Shown here: piece by piece, positions 41,155-55,410 of the stretch | How the letters are laid out: each line of letters begins with the position of its first letter | How positions within the stretch are numbered: the first letter of the stretch is position 1 | From: Octopus vulgaris | Taxonomy: Eukaryota | Direction: 5' to 3' | Assembly: GCA_951406725.2 (NCBI GenBank) | Contig: OX597822.1 | Span: 51,274,001-51,338,000 of the forward strand | Length of the DNA stretch: 64,000 nt | The notes under the pieces: model-generated | The model's database searches: none | Told to the model about the DNA's origin: nothing | What the model saw: the letters and a program-made list of their open reading frames with translations, nothing else | Program-made: the position numbers and the translations under genes

Positions 41155-41795
41155 GAAATGGAGTCAGACGCAGGTGTTATGCAAACCATTTATACTTTCA
41201 AAATATGTTTCGAAGGAAGCATTGTGATTATTCCGGAGGGAATAAAAATGATGTAAAACAATGCAATCATCCAGTCAGGGGGAAACAAAAGAGAAAAGAA
41301 ACACATCAATAAGCAATTTTAACCGAATATGATTAGCGCGTATATGATGACGGGAACGCTAGCAAGTTATTTTTAAAAAATTCGTTAATAGATTTACCTT
41401 TGACGTTAAATCGATTAACGGTGTTTTTAAAAAAATAACTTGCTAGCGTTCCCCGTCATCATATACGCGGTAATCACATTCGGTTAAAATGGATTATTTA
41501 TGTGTTTTGTCTCTCTTTTCTTTTTCCCCGGACGAGATTATTGCATTGTTTTACAACAGTTTTATTCCCTCCGGAATAACCAGTATGCTTTCTTCGAAAC
41601 ATATTTTGGAAGTATAAAAGATTTCAATAACACCTGCGCTTGACTCCATTTCTTACTTTTTCCATGTTGTACAAAAATATTTCCCTTAACACTGATATTT
41701 CTACCTTTATAAGTAGGCTGTAATATCCTTGGGACTTAAGTAAACTTTTGCTACCCAGGTAACTAATATTTTATTTTTTCCGTGTTATACACATT
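41155..41795. mobile_element. Fold-back element (hairpin of about 500 bp centred near 41402), a diverged relative of 39525-40216 with decayed HHRs
   Basis: 41155-41398 is the inverted copy of 41404-41652. It shares AATGGAGT..ACGCAGGTGT and AACACGGAAAAA..AGTTACC..GCAAAA with the 39.5-kb element. Confidence 0.85.
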
Positions 41796-41798
41796 TAT

Positions 41799-41845
<47 letters not shown>

Positions 41846-41888
41846 CACACACACATACACACACACATATATATATATATATACATAC

Positions 41889-41942
<54 letters not shown>

Positions 41943-41969
41943 AAAATAAGCAACAAGTATGACTCCGGT

Positions 41970-42060
41970 AATTTGGTACAATTGTTTCGCACTACATCAT
42001 TTTATTAAAAGTTTTAAGTATTACAGCAGATTTAAGATGCTGAGTGCTCATCAGTCAATT
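41970..42060 (-). ncRNA. Type I hammerhead with long stem II
   Basis: AATTGA-CTGATGA-GCACT-CA-GCATC...GATGT-AGTGC-GAAAC-AATT-GTA-CCAAATT, with palindromic ACAATTGT stem III and imperfect stem I. Confidence 0.8.
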
Positions 42061-42616
42061 ATATAGGTTTTCCAATAATACAAAAGCTTTCAAATCAAGT
42101 AGTAACATAATAGCGAAGGTAGATATACAGATAAAGATGTAGATTTAAATTTTAAGAACATAAGAGGTTGTGAAGTCCAGCCACTGACTGACCAAGCTAT
42201 GGCTGTATCTAACTGCTATAATATTAGAAGTAATAAAGATTTTTTAGTTGTAGGAATGGGGTAAGGGAGGTTTCAGAAAACCATAAAAGGAATTCAAGTT
42301 GCCACTAACAAAATGCCAATTACTGCTATTTGGTGAGAGGAACTAGGTCAATGTCAAATGATCATTAATCCCCTTTACAGAGGGTAGGGAAAAAACTATC
42401 ACTTATTATTATGAGTAGGCATAGTATTTTATAACTGGGGGAAAGGTTTATTAATTTTAAAACTAGATTAGATTTAGAAAAAATTCCAATTTCAAGTTTA
42501 CAGTGAAGTTTTTTTTGTCATCTATATATATATAGGGGATGTACTTGCATAGCAAGTGAATCGAACGGCTTTTATGTGCTTCTTAAATGGCTTACAAACA
42601 CCTTCCTGCAATTGTT

Positions 42617-42651
<35 letters not shown>

Positions 42652-42744
42652 ATGTGTGTGTGTATGTGTGTGTGTGTGTGTATGTATAGGTGTGTTGTGT
42701 ATTGTTTACTTGAAGACAGTTTCATGTTGCCCTAGTTTATTCAG

Positions 42745-43050
42745 CTAAAGAAATGATTTGTTATGTGACTGATGCCAAGCCGTATCGGTCTGTGCCATTT
42801 CTTTCGACAATATCGGTGGCGTGGAAGCGGGAAACATTGCCCCGACTTGTGACATTGGCACACAAACTTGTGAGCAGCGACGCCTGCTGGATTCAGCTAC
42901 TCTACATTGATAAGAGGTAAACACCTCGAAACTAGTCTGTGGTTGCCAGACCAGCAAGAAGAAACTGCAGACATCCCCTGTTCGAAGGTTATAATGGACA
43001 CAGGCTTGTGTGTCACATAGCTAGGTGGAGGCGATTGTCTCTTGGAGCTA
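42745..43050 (+). mobile_element. Decayed fragment of a Cys-rich (CXC-like) C-terminal ORF, probably from a DNA transposon
   Basis: Broken motifs KLVCGCQTS, NCRHPCS, GLC and GGDC across frames. Confidence 0.35.
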
Positions 43051-43186
43051 ATCAAAGGCAGCATTCGTCCCATCTATCTGGACTGCCATGTTAGCTTGTC
43101 GATAACTACAAATATATGTATATATATATATATATAATAGAAATATTAAAATAACTAATATATATATATATAGAGAGAGAGAGAGC

Positions 43187-43236
<50 letters not shown>

Positions 43237-43495
43237 AAGATTGAGAGATTAATTTATAAACAGATAGATATATAGATAGATCCATCCATAATCATCTGTG
43301 TATATACAGATATATATGTATTTAAGCATATATATATATAAAATAAAATAAGTGGTTAAAAATAAACAACATAATTCGTCATAAAACTTGAAATCATCCC
43401 CTTTAATCATACCGTAATATATAAGTACATATTAAAATACCGGCGTGTTTAGCACAGAAAGCCCGATGGTATAAACAGATACGTACATACATACA

Positions 43496-43564
<69 letters not shown>

Positions 43565-43609
43565 TATATTCTTTTATACTCTTTTACTTGTTTCATTTAT
43601 TTATATATA

Positions 43610-43650
<41 letters not shown>

Positions 43651-43721
43651 GTGACCGCGTGTGTACCGTTGGTGATTTTTTTTCCCCCGTCTTCCCTTCT
43701 CTAGATCTTTCCTTTTCCTAT

Positions 43722-43756
43722 GTTTCTGACGAAGAGCACCGCTCGAAACGTAAAAC
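43722..43756 (+). ncRNA. Minimal type I hammerhead (dimer type) in a pLTR-like repeat at 43630-43860
   Basis: GTTT-CTGACGA-A-GAGC-ACC-GCTC-GAAAC-GTA-AAAC. Stem III is reduced to the palindrome ACGT. Confidence 0.78.
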
Positions 43757-46020
43757 CCTCCTTCTTCCCTTCCTTCCTGAGCGTCCAATAATACTATATT
43801 TGTTCCACGTCCTCACGTTGTTGTGTTTTCTCTTTGTGTTTTAATGTTTGGATTAACTATATATATACATACATATGTGAAAATGTTTAAAAAGACATTT
43901 CGAAGGAACATTTTTTTGAAGAAATTATGAATGTATACAGGCAGACCATTAGAATATTATAGTTAGATTGTTAAGTTGAAAGTGAAACGGGATAGCATCC
44001 ATCGTCAATTCCAAATATATATTTGCGTCTTCGTGTGTGCGTGTGTGTGCGTGTATGTATGTGTCTGTATGCGTGTGTGCTTGTGTTTGTGTGTGTGTGT
44101 ATTCACATATATATATCTTTAATAAACTTTGGGTTGAATTTCCAGGAACGAATGTTTCATATGGAGGAAAGTCAACATAGACGAAATTACATTTGACACT
44201 TCACCATTATTAATGTTATTGAGAGTGTGATACGAGATCAGAAGTCCGAGATCACCAATATTATGTGCTTTTGACGTTATCAATTTTGATTTTATCCCAC
44301 GCACATGTTTGTATAAATGAAAGTATCGATTAGTGGAAAATATGAGCGTGCATATGCTGCTGTCCACATACTCATGCTTATATGTGGAGTTTCGCACATG
44401 TCTATTCTTATCGTCACATATTTCGATCGCTCATATTTAATGGCTCATTCTCACTTCTCCCTGGTTTCCATAAAGTGTTACAATGCGCTGCCGAGGAATT
44501 CTGCAGATATAGTTTTTTCTACGCAGCAGTGAGGGGATGTGCAGTAGTTTTAATAGGCTATTATAATCGCATAATATAATTATAATAACGGGATAATAGT
44601 TCTTGTAAATTTCCGCTTCGTTTTCTCGAAAAGGCAGCACTTCATATGGTATTATTTGTGTATTTTGCTATCCAAATGCAGATTTATATTAAGGGTGGTG
44701 CAGCTGTTATATTTATTTCAAATTTCATGCAGTAGCCCTTATGGAAGTATAAACAGAAAGATAGGTTTTATCAATTTTCCAGTTTGAGAAATCTTTGCGG
44801 CTACGTCACAATTTGTAATGTTGTTCCAAATATATTTTATATAACGTATGACCCTTTTGTGTGGTTGCGGAGGAGTGTCTGTATGTCTCGTAGGTTACTT
44901 ACACACGATATATCCTGTAACGTTCCTAGGATCAATTATATGCATTTCATCTCGGTTTCTATTCAGGCATTTGATAAACATTTCTTAATTTGAGAGATTA
45001 TTCGGTGCGGTGTCTTTTGAATATTCGGTCGAGTGCATGTGTGTGTAGTCGGAGGAATGATAGAGGTGATAAAATGAGTAAATTTTAGTGTTTGCTGCTA
45101 ATATTTTTTATCGTTGTATATTTGGTCATTGGTGTTGCTATTTGATTGGAGGTGGAGTGGTAGTTGTTGAGTTGTCTGATTTGATGGGGACAGTTTGCAG
45201 TAAAAGTGAATACTAGGCTTGGAGAGTGTCTATTGTATCGTGTGTTTTAGCTAGATTGAATTTGGGCCTCAATTTAGTGCGGGATTTGCTTCTGTTGTGT
45301 CGAAACCGATTCTTCCATTTCTTTTGTAAAGTAGCTTTGCCGACAAGCTCAGATAGCTACACTTATTTTCTTATCGTTGGTTTCTAAATAATTAATCTCA
45401 AGAAAAGTTAATCACACCCACAACGATCATATAACAGGAGATCCCTGACAACTGTTTGCTAAAAGATAACTACGTGGAATAGTTAATGCGGGGAGGATAC
45501 ATCCACAATGAATACGACAAACTGCAGTGCGTCATTGGATTAACATGTAATACTGTCTAGGAATGATTTGCATGACACTCCTTTTGGTTGAGAACTGGTA
45601 ACAAACGAAACGTAGCATGACTTTCTAAATTAGCAACTTGCAATGAAGAAGCCGCTTATAAGCCGTAATATAATTACCAAAACAAAAACAACATAAACAA
45701 AATAGCAGATGGAATTATTAGGCAAGAAGGTGGTTGAAGATAAACTATTGCATATATCCATAATTGCATACATTTTCTCTAAGCCGATACAACGTATTAC
45801 ATTACAACGTAAATTCAGTAAATTCTAGAAACCATATTTATGTAACATAAGCAGCTTAAAATTGATTTACACAAAAATGTGTATACAATATTAATTACAG
45901 TATGCGTCTACTTGAAATTGTTTAATATGTATATACGTCTGATATAGGTTTCATAATGACTTGTAAATATTAATTTATTGGGTCCTCTCTCTCCCCTCTT
46001 TCTTTCTCTCTCTCTATATA

Positions 46021-46067
<47 letters not shown>

Positions 46068-46515
46068 TTGAGTAGTTGAATGAATTATCTTATTAAGGAT
46101 AATTCGAATTAACCGATACCTGGGTACCAAATTCACACACAGACAAAAACCTCTCACCTCACCACTGTCTGTTTTCTGACATCTACCCATCCACATACAC
46201 AATCACGCATACACATACATACACACACACATTAATGCAGTTATATACAGTCACACACACAGGCACTCATTCACAAAAGGAATTAACAAAATCCACCATT
46301 CATATGACCTGCACCCTTTCACCTTCCTATTCTTTTGCCTCTCTCCTCCAACTTCGTTTGAACCCTTGAACCTTTAGAACCTTCTAGATTCTTCTACTTT
46401 CAACCACTTTGACGTCACTCCTTATAAAGGAATATTTGAAAGAGACACTCATTACCGCTATGGGCTCCGTGTGAGCAATCATTTAAAAGTTTTTTGTGCA
46501 TTTTGATGTTGACAT

Positions 46516-46620
46516 AAGTTCCTTGCTTTTACTGATGAGAAAACGGCATAATGTACTCCCTATTCCTTCGCAATTAGGAATATGCAGCCTTCGAAACATA
46601 TGTCGAAAATAAAGGAATTT
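46516..46620 (+). ncRNA. Type I hammerhead with long stems I and II
   Basis: AAGTTCCTTGCTTTTA-CTGATGA-GAAAACGGCATA...TATGCAGCCTTC-GAAAC-ATAT-GTC-GAAAATAAAGGAATTT, with a few stem mismatches. Confidence 0.8.
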
Positions 46621-46679
46621 TGTTAATTCGTCGTTCAGCTCCATTCTTACATATATTTATATTTTTAAAATATATATAA

Positions 46680-46723
<44 letters not shown>

Positions 46724-46740
46724 GTATATATATATATATG

Positions 46741-46811
<71 letters not shown>

Positions 46812-46813
46812 GT

Positions 46814-46866
<53 letters not shown>

Positions 46867-47368
46867 TATCTCTCCATCTTTCTATGTGTGTGTGTATGTG
46901 TGTGTATTTTCTTCATAAGAATTTAGAAATTTCGAGGCTTATGAAAAATACATGTTTTTTAACAGTGGCAGTCGAAATGTTCTGATAAACGTGAACACAC
47001 TGGATATTTCGAATCGCGGTCTTCGAAACAGTTAATAATAATAAAGGTAAGAAGAAGAAGAGCACCACCACCAACAACAGCAACAACAACAAATAGAAGA
47101 AGAAACATAGCGTCATACCTTTCTATCTATCTATCTCTCTAATAATCTATCTATCTAATGGACAGACGCAAGTCAAATGGGCTCCAAGTAAGTTGGTCAT
47201 TTTGTACGTTCAAAAGTGTTTGTTGTCAAATATTGTGTTTAAAAGTTGTGCAACAACATCCACTGCAAACCTTGATTAATATCTACAAAAAATTTCGCCC
47301 TGTGTGGGCAAAATTTTAAAAATTCTCATAGGCCTCGTGTTGTATTTTAGCCATTTTTATTTTCAAGA

Positions 47369-49527
47369 ATGGCTACTGGTCACCACGAGGCTGATGCGCA
47401 AGTCTAGCGTGACGCCAAAACAAAAAAGTAGGATTCCCTGTCACCATGCGCTGAACTTGACAGTTTGAACGCTACTAACACCACCACCACCACCATCAGC
47501 ATCGACAACAGCAACAACTACAAAACAAAAGTCGCAAGGCCAAGCACCGTCACCGCCACCAATGATTCCACCATCAACACCGACACCACCACCATGGCAG
47601 CTTCTGCTACTACCACTGCTACCTCTGCTAACGATACCACTACCAACAACAATAACAATACCAAGATCACCAGACCATTCACCATCACCACCACTAAAAA
47701 CCGTGCTGTCAATACCAATGCCACTACCTCAATATCTGCCAATACGACTGCCTCCTTTGCTACTAATACCACCGCCGCCACCAAGAATGACGATAACAAC
47801 AACAACAACAATTCCCTTCAGCCATTGTTCCCTCCACCACCAACAAGTGAAGGAGAGAAAGAAAAAACCGTGATCACCAAACGAATTGCCGAAATTTGCT
47901 CAAACGCAGGAGCAAATAATGCAGACAACTTTCCACCCCTTGCTAGTTGCATAGTCAGCAACCATACACCTAATATAACCACAACCCACACCCCCGCCAT
48001 CAACACCAACACCATCTTCAGTAACAACAATAACAAAACAACAACAAACTTCGCCGAGGCGATAAAAGAAAAGAAAAACAATAGTATCGTTTACTGCACA
48101 GCAGATAAAAGACACCAAAGCCCTAATCACCAAAGAAAACGGCAAAGTACCGCAACACGTACTGAATGACGAAAAAAGAAAACGGTTATATACAAAATAA
48201 CAAATAATACAACTAAAAGTCCAGAAAAAGCAAACAGACAAAATCAAAAAATGCCTACGCCCTATCTGGGGATACAAAGAATATGTAACTTGGACGAACA
48301 AGTTTGCCCACGTACAGATAGATTTTCAAAATGAAGAGTTAGCAAAACAATTCTCAACGCTAACTCTTCATTCAGATGACCTAACAATGACACCCAGTTA
48401 CCTTGGCCAGAGGGTAACAAAAGTCATTATCAATAATATTCCTAAAATAGCAGACACACTATGGATAATATCGGCCATATGCGTCGAAATTGAGGACATA
48501 AACATCCTGCAAATAGCTGTTTCGGAACACGAGAACTGGGTGGGAAAGAGACTGCAAATTTTCCACGTAAACCAAGACGCCATTAACAAAATACACACCC
48601 ATATACATCTTGCGGAAGACCACAAGTTGTATGTAGTAGTCGAGGGCAGAAGGCCACGCTGCTATGTATGCGGCAGTGAAGCACACCTCAAAAAGGAGTG
48701 CAAATCTGCCACGAAGCAACGACAACAACAACAGCCGCAGGAAAAACCTTAGAAGCCAGCATTATTGCCCACACCACAGTATGGACGGCTAATCAAGCAG
48801 CTATATGCAGAAATGCATGAAAAGCAACAAAGAACGGACCAACCCAACCAAACAACACTACCAACTGCGCCAAGAACAGAGTCAACACCACCAACAACAA
48901 CTAAACCAATTTCAACACCAAGAACAACGAAGAAGACAAGCACTGAGGATGTAGAAGTGACAATCACCACACCACACCAACCCCCACCCCGCACACCACA
49001 ACAATATCTAAAACCGCACAAACAGACCCAGATGCTTTGCACTTACCCCCTTCTGATTCGTCAGACCTTTCGTCTAACGATGAAAGTTCGACAGAATGGC
49101 AAATAGCCACCGGGAGTAAAAGAAAAAGATTAAAAAAAAAAACGAACAAGAAAATGCAACCAAAGCAGGGAGATATATGAACCCTGAAAGCTCCTTACAC
49201 AACCAAACCAGCACCAACACCAACACCACAAAAACACACACAATGCTATCAGCGATAGACACCAAAGACTCAAAACTAATGGAGTACATCACAACCCACA
49301 CAAACATCTGTGAAGATGACTTCAAAACTAACAACCATCCACGCACTACACCACCCAAACACATCAAAATACTGCACATCACACAAACACAACACCACAC
49401 ACTCAAAGCCCTCTTTCCAAATGCGGTTGGGAGGTTCCAAAAATATCTCTCGAAAAAACTCTACAAAGACCTCCTCCAAGACACATCAAAGGACGAGGAA
49501 GCCAAAATTTTCGACACAAGTAAGTGA
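47369..49527 (+). pseudogene. LINE ORF1 (Thr/Asn-rich, CCHC zinc knuckle), disrupted
   Basis: GRRPRCYVCGSEAHLKKEC; the frame is broken by stops and frameshifts. Confidence 0.8.
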
Positions 49528-49577
49528 CTCTCTGTACCTTCCTTTTTGTGTTTTAAAACACACACCCCAATAGAATC

Positions 49578-52496
49578 ATGGTCAATATTGGTTGTGTAAA
49601 TGCGCGTGGCTTGGGGGTCTCCTTGGAAACAAGAGTAAATGACATCAAGTCACACGATTTGGGAATCATAGCCATAAGTGAGACCAGACTCCACGAGCCA
49701 CGGGCCCTAAAGTCCATGTTTGGCGGATAGTTTAACATTTATTTTTCTCCCTGTCTGCCGAGGATGGGCGGTAGTGGCACCGTGGTACTTTTTCACTAGA
49801 GCCTGGGTCTCGAAGTCAAGACGACATTCGTAGACCCGGAGGGTAGACTGGTCGTTCTGGATGTTGACGGCAGCAATGGGTGCGCTTTTCGAATCGTATC
49901 AGTCTACGAACCGCCTTTAACAGGTCGGCCGGGTTTCTTTCGACGCCTAGAAGTATTCCTGGGAACGTCTCGTCCTTTACTTTTAGTGGGGGATTGGAAT
50001 GCTACCTTGGACACGCATCTAGACTATGTGGGGAGAGACAAAAACAGAAGGGGATGCAAATGCCTCAGAGACCTGCTCAGACGATTCCAACTGTCTGACA
50101 GGTCCGGACTCGACCACCCAAATGCACCAACGTGGACATGGAGCAACCGCAGTGGGTCGTCGAGATCGTATCAAGACAGGATACTGTATAGGACAGTAGA
50201 CAGGGATAACTTATGATGTCCACAATTCCACACAGTCAGCTACACGGATCACAAATTCGTGACGTGTACGCTAGACTTAGATAAGTCACATGGAGAGGGT
50301 TCCGGTTACTGGAAACTGAACACATCTTTCCCGTCCAGACAGGTTTTCAGAGACAGAATCAACACGTTAGTAAAAATGACTTTAACGGTAGCCATTGTCA
50401 ACAACAAATGGTGGTTCGCCCTCAAGAGAGCAGTAAAAGCGGAGGCAATTAGATATAGCAAGGCACTAGCCGTAGATAGAAATAGAGTAGAGGGTGAGTT
50501 AGTTAAGAAGTTAGAAGAGGCAATAAGAAGCGGCATCACATCCGACGTTTTAGCGGTGAGTTTGGCCCTTGACCAACACTTCAACGCCAAACACGAAGGT
50601 TGTGCTATCAGGGCTAGGATACGTGCTCTAAGGATGAAAGGTGTTGGAGCCGCGAGGGAGGCCCGGGTGGTGGAGGCGCAGCAGGGCAACAAAGCCACTA
50701 TTCGGTCTCTGGTAGATGAACAAGGCCGTGAATTGCTCGAGCCCAGCAAGATGTGCGAGGCATTTCAGCGGCACTTTGCTCGACTTTACGGGACGAGTGG
50801 CGAGCGTGAACGCAGGGTGGACTTCAGTGCCTATCGATAGGGTAGACCATCGATACTTAGGGGCAGTCCTGAGAGCGGCTGGTTTCGGTCCCGTCTTCCG
50901 CGGCTGGATAGCTGCTTTGTACAGAGGCATCCGTTCGGTAATCCGCGTAAATGGACATCTATCGAGACCTTTTGACATTGCACGTTCGGTCCGTTACGGA
51001 TGCCCCCTCTCGTCGCTTCTAAAGGTATTGACTCTCGAGCCACTGATGCGGAAGCTGGCGACTCTGAGGGGCATTCCGCGAGAATTGGGATGCGGGACGA
51101 GTGTGTCTGCATACACGGACGACGTCACCGTCATAGTATCAAGCCACGAGCATATCTAGCTGGTCGGCGAGACACTGAAAGACTACGAAGCGGTGACAGG
51201 AGCGAAAATTAACCGGGAAAAGTCAGTGGGCTTGCGGCTCGGCACCTGGAGAAGCAAGCCCATGCCGTCCACCAGTACCGCCGTCGTGGGACGCTGGACG
51301 AACGGCCCGGTTGAGTTGCTCAGGGTCTGGTCCGGTCCGGACCTCCAAATGGAGAAGAACTGGAACGAGATAACGAGTAGGGTGGTCACTCTCGCCCGGC
51401 AATGGGCCGAGAGGAAACTATCCCTAAAAGGTCGGGCGGAGGTGGCGAACACGTACATCGCGTCCATCATCTACTACCGCCTGACCGTCGTACCTTGTCC
51501 CGACCCTATCATCACCAAACTAGAACGCATTCTCTTCCGCTTCTTGTGGAAAGGATGCGTCCCCATGGTCAGGCGATCCATTTGCTGTTAACACCCGTTA
51601 AAAGGAGGGCTGGGCATGCCGTGGTTGATGATGCGCAGACACGCGCTGAGACTGCGACATCTCCGGCTCTATGTAGACGACGGTGAACTGGAGTGGTCGC
51701 CGTTTGTGAGGCACGCTTTCCCGCATCTCGTCTCCATAACCGAACTGCAGTCGTGGATCAAAAAGAGGCCGAGGAATGGCGAATGGCACCGCGAGTGTCG
51801 CGTTGCTCTCAAGCAACTCTGCCGTCCCGGGTCGACCTTGAGTGACTTCAACACAACCAAAACATTCTACAGGGGATTAGTGAAGGGGAGGTACGACGAC
51901 GATCTTGGGGCAAACCTGGGCGTCGACGAGGAATACCTGACCCGCCTGTTTGAAACGACTTTTGGGCCGGGACCTATGGACAACTTCCAGAGATCCCTGA
52001 CCTGGCAGTGCTACCGGGAAGCGCTACCCGTTCGGGATAAGCTCTATAGGCATGGCTCGAGAAACACGGGGCCGACCTGCCCGAGATGCGGGCTGAGCGA
52101 CGAAGCCGTTCTGCACGCAATCGTACAGTGTCCAACAATCTCCGACCTGTGGGCTTATGTCGAACGACTGCTGTCACGCGTGGGACGTGTCCGTTTATCA
52201 GCCGCATCTATCGTTAATATCGTCACGCCTCCTTCCTTCAAACGGGAAGGAAGAGCTATTTTTATCATACTTGTGGCTATGGCGAAAGAATGTATCTGGT
52301 GGACGCGCCTGAAAGGATTAGAGACAAACACTTTCCTCTCTGGGCAATCTCTCATCAACTTCTTCAAGTATCACTTGAGGAGGAAAGTGAGAGTAGAGAG
52401 GTAAGTTTTGTCTAGTGAATGTTTTAAAAAAGATGGGTGAATGTAGCAAGGATGGCACGTATGAATGACGAAGCCACCTTGACTATAATTCTATGA
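49578..52496 (+). pseudogene. LINE ORF2 (APE endonuclease, RT, C-terminal Cys domain), disrupted
   Basis: NARGL, ISETR, GDWNA, WTWSN, TDHK, GYWKLN, DRVDH, GCPLS, YTDD, KINREKS and CPRC...HAIVQC. Confidence 0.9.
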
Positions 52497-52850
52497 ACCG
52501 TAAAAATTAATACAGAGAGTTGCTTATTCGTAAAAAAAATACAACATGTGACTTCATTGACCGAGGTTGGCGTGGTCTTTTCCGTAGGCTTTTCTTTCCA
52601 CGGGTAAACCTCACCTGTCCTCCCCTTTACACTTTATATTTACATTTCTGTGATAACGATCACTATTGATCGATTTTTTTTCCTTTTCCTTTTATTTTTA
52701 CCCCCCCCCCCTTTTTTTCTTTTCCCTCTTCCTTTCCTTTTACGATCCCTTTTCATTGAAAACCAAACCCCCTTTTTATCCCCAAAAGAAAAGCTCTACA
52801 TTGTAATTTGTCCTGTCTGTGTGCAGCCCTGTGTTGCTAATAAAGAAACA

Positions 52851-52934
<84 letters not shown>
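52851..52934. repeat. (TATC)n microsatellite at the 3' junction of the LINE
   Basis: About 20 TATC units. Confidence 0.95.
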
Positions 52935-53061
52935 AATATGTATACATATATACAGACATACCGTCCGTTATATTTCATTTGATTATATATATATGTGTGT
53001 GTGTATGTATTTATCTATACACCCACACAGCGAAATTCACACACATACATACACACACATG

Positions 53062-53134
<73 letters not shown>

Positions 53135-53788
53135 GTGGGTGTATACAAGTGGAGAAGGCTTCGTAGTTGTCATTAAGTAACAGTGTTGAGTTATGTAACA
53201 ATACGTGTAAGAAATATTTCGAGCATGGCCCGAAAGTAGTGCGCTGGCCCTGATATGGGAGACCGAAATCAATTATGGAGTTGGACATATTGTAGGGAAG
53301 TTTCTTTTTCCAAAGGTAATGACCGTGGTCAGCTAGTGAGGTAGATTTTCTGTGCTCTTCATACTTAAAAGAATTTAAATGTTCCGAATATCAATGCTTG
53401 AAATAAATTGTGGATCCATAGTAGAGTTGTAAAGGTTGTTATGAACCATGGATTTGTAGACAACGTTAAACCTTCTGCAAAAGGGTTTGCCGCGTGCAGT
53501 CATTTCAATATTTTCAGTTGCAAGTAGATCTATCGGGTATATAGGAGTTTGCCGAAGGTTCATTGGATGCTGTACGTTTAGAGGACGTGACGGGGTTAGG
53601 GTAGTGTTACCCGGCTCACTCGCATCGTTATCACTATTGTGTATATCATTTGTACTTGGGATGTAATTAATAAATGAAATGATGGATATTGTAGATCCCT
53701 GGGAAATATTAAGAGCAGTAGTGTTGTACTGGTTTGTCCATGAAGGTCCATTACTGTGTTGGCATGCAGTGTACTGTTGCGAGTATTA

Positions 53789-54440
<652 letters not shown>

Positions 54441-54928
54441 TACTATGGCATTTGTTCCTGAGGCTTCAGGGAAATCTCGGACAATGGTTTTTTTTTATTA
54501 TCCCTAGAAGCCTTCTTGTATCAGGAGGGTGGCACCTCTATCATCCTCCCAGCCACCTTTTTCTACTCTTTGTATACTATGCATATGCCCCTTGTTTTTC
54601 AGTGTATACTGTGTACACTTACTTTTTACATCAGTTCATTATATGTAAACCCCCACATTTTATATCTGTTTTTGTATTGTTCCATTCATCCTTTCCCCTT
54701 GTGGCAAATAAATGAAATCATTATTATTATTATTGTTGTTGTTAGCGCTACTCATACTATTAAAGTAATTATTATTAGTGCGGCTGTAAGCCAAACTGTA
54801 TGGCCATAAACTCAATATAGCTCTGGTAAATGGTAGTATTAAGGTTATTGTTGTGGGTACTGCTATTAGTATTAATATTATTCCTGCAGTTATAATCAAT
54901 ATTAATATATTTATATTTACTACTCTAA

Positions 54929-54981
<53 letters not shown>

Positions 54982-54996
54982 AATATATGTGTGTAT

Positions 54997-55043
<47 letters not shown>

Positions 55044-55109
55044 TAGATATACTAATGTATGTATGTGTATAGATATATGTATATGTATATATGTATATAT
55101 ACACATATA

Positions 55110-55155
<46 letters not shown>

Positions 55156-55284
55156 CGGGAAGCTTTATGAAAATAGACAAAAGACGACGGCAGGTTTACG
55201 GAAATAAAGAAAAGACGAAGGCAGGTGGAATACAAACAAACAATTGTATTAGTATGGCGCTCAGGAAATATAAATAAAACAAGT

Positions 55285-55320
55285 CTTTAACGTTTCGAGC
55301 CTACGCTCTTCAACAGAAAG
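55285..55320 (-). ncRNA. Minimal hammerhead-like motif with CUGUUGA core
   Basis: CTTT-CTGTTGA-A-GAGC-GTAG-GCTC-GAAAC-GTT-AAAG; all stems pair. Confidence 0.65.
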
Positions 55321-55410
55321 ATACACAGAGAAAAAACACAGAAAGAAGGAGAGAAAACAATATGCGTGCAGAGGCTAGCGAATCAATATGGCGATCTATA
55401 TATATATATA

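Larger units (their letters stand above)
47158..52850 (+). mobile_element. Near full-length Tx1/L1-clade LINE, pseudogenised and internally deleted
   Basis: Two-ORF layout, pyrimidine-rich 3' UTR ending AATAAAGAAAC, and (TATC)n on both sides. Confidence 0.9.
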
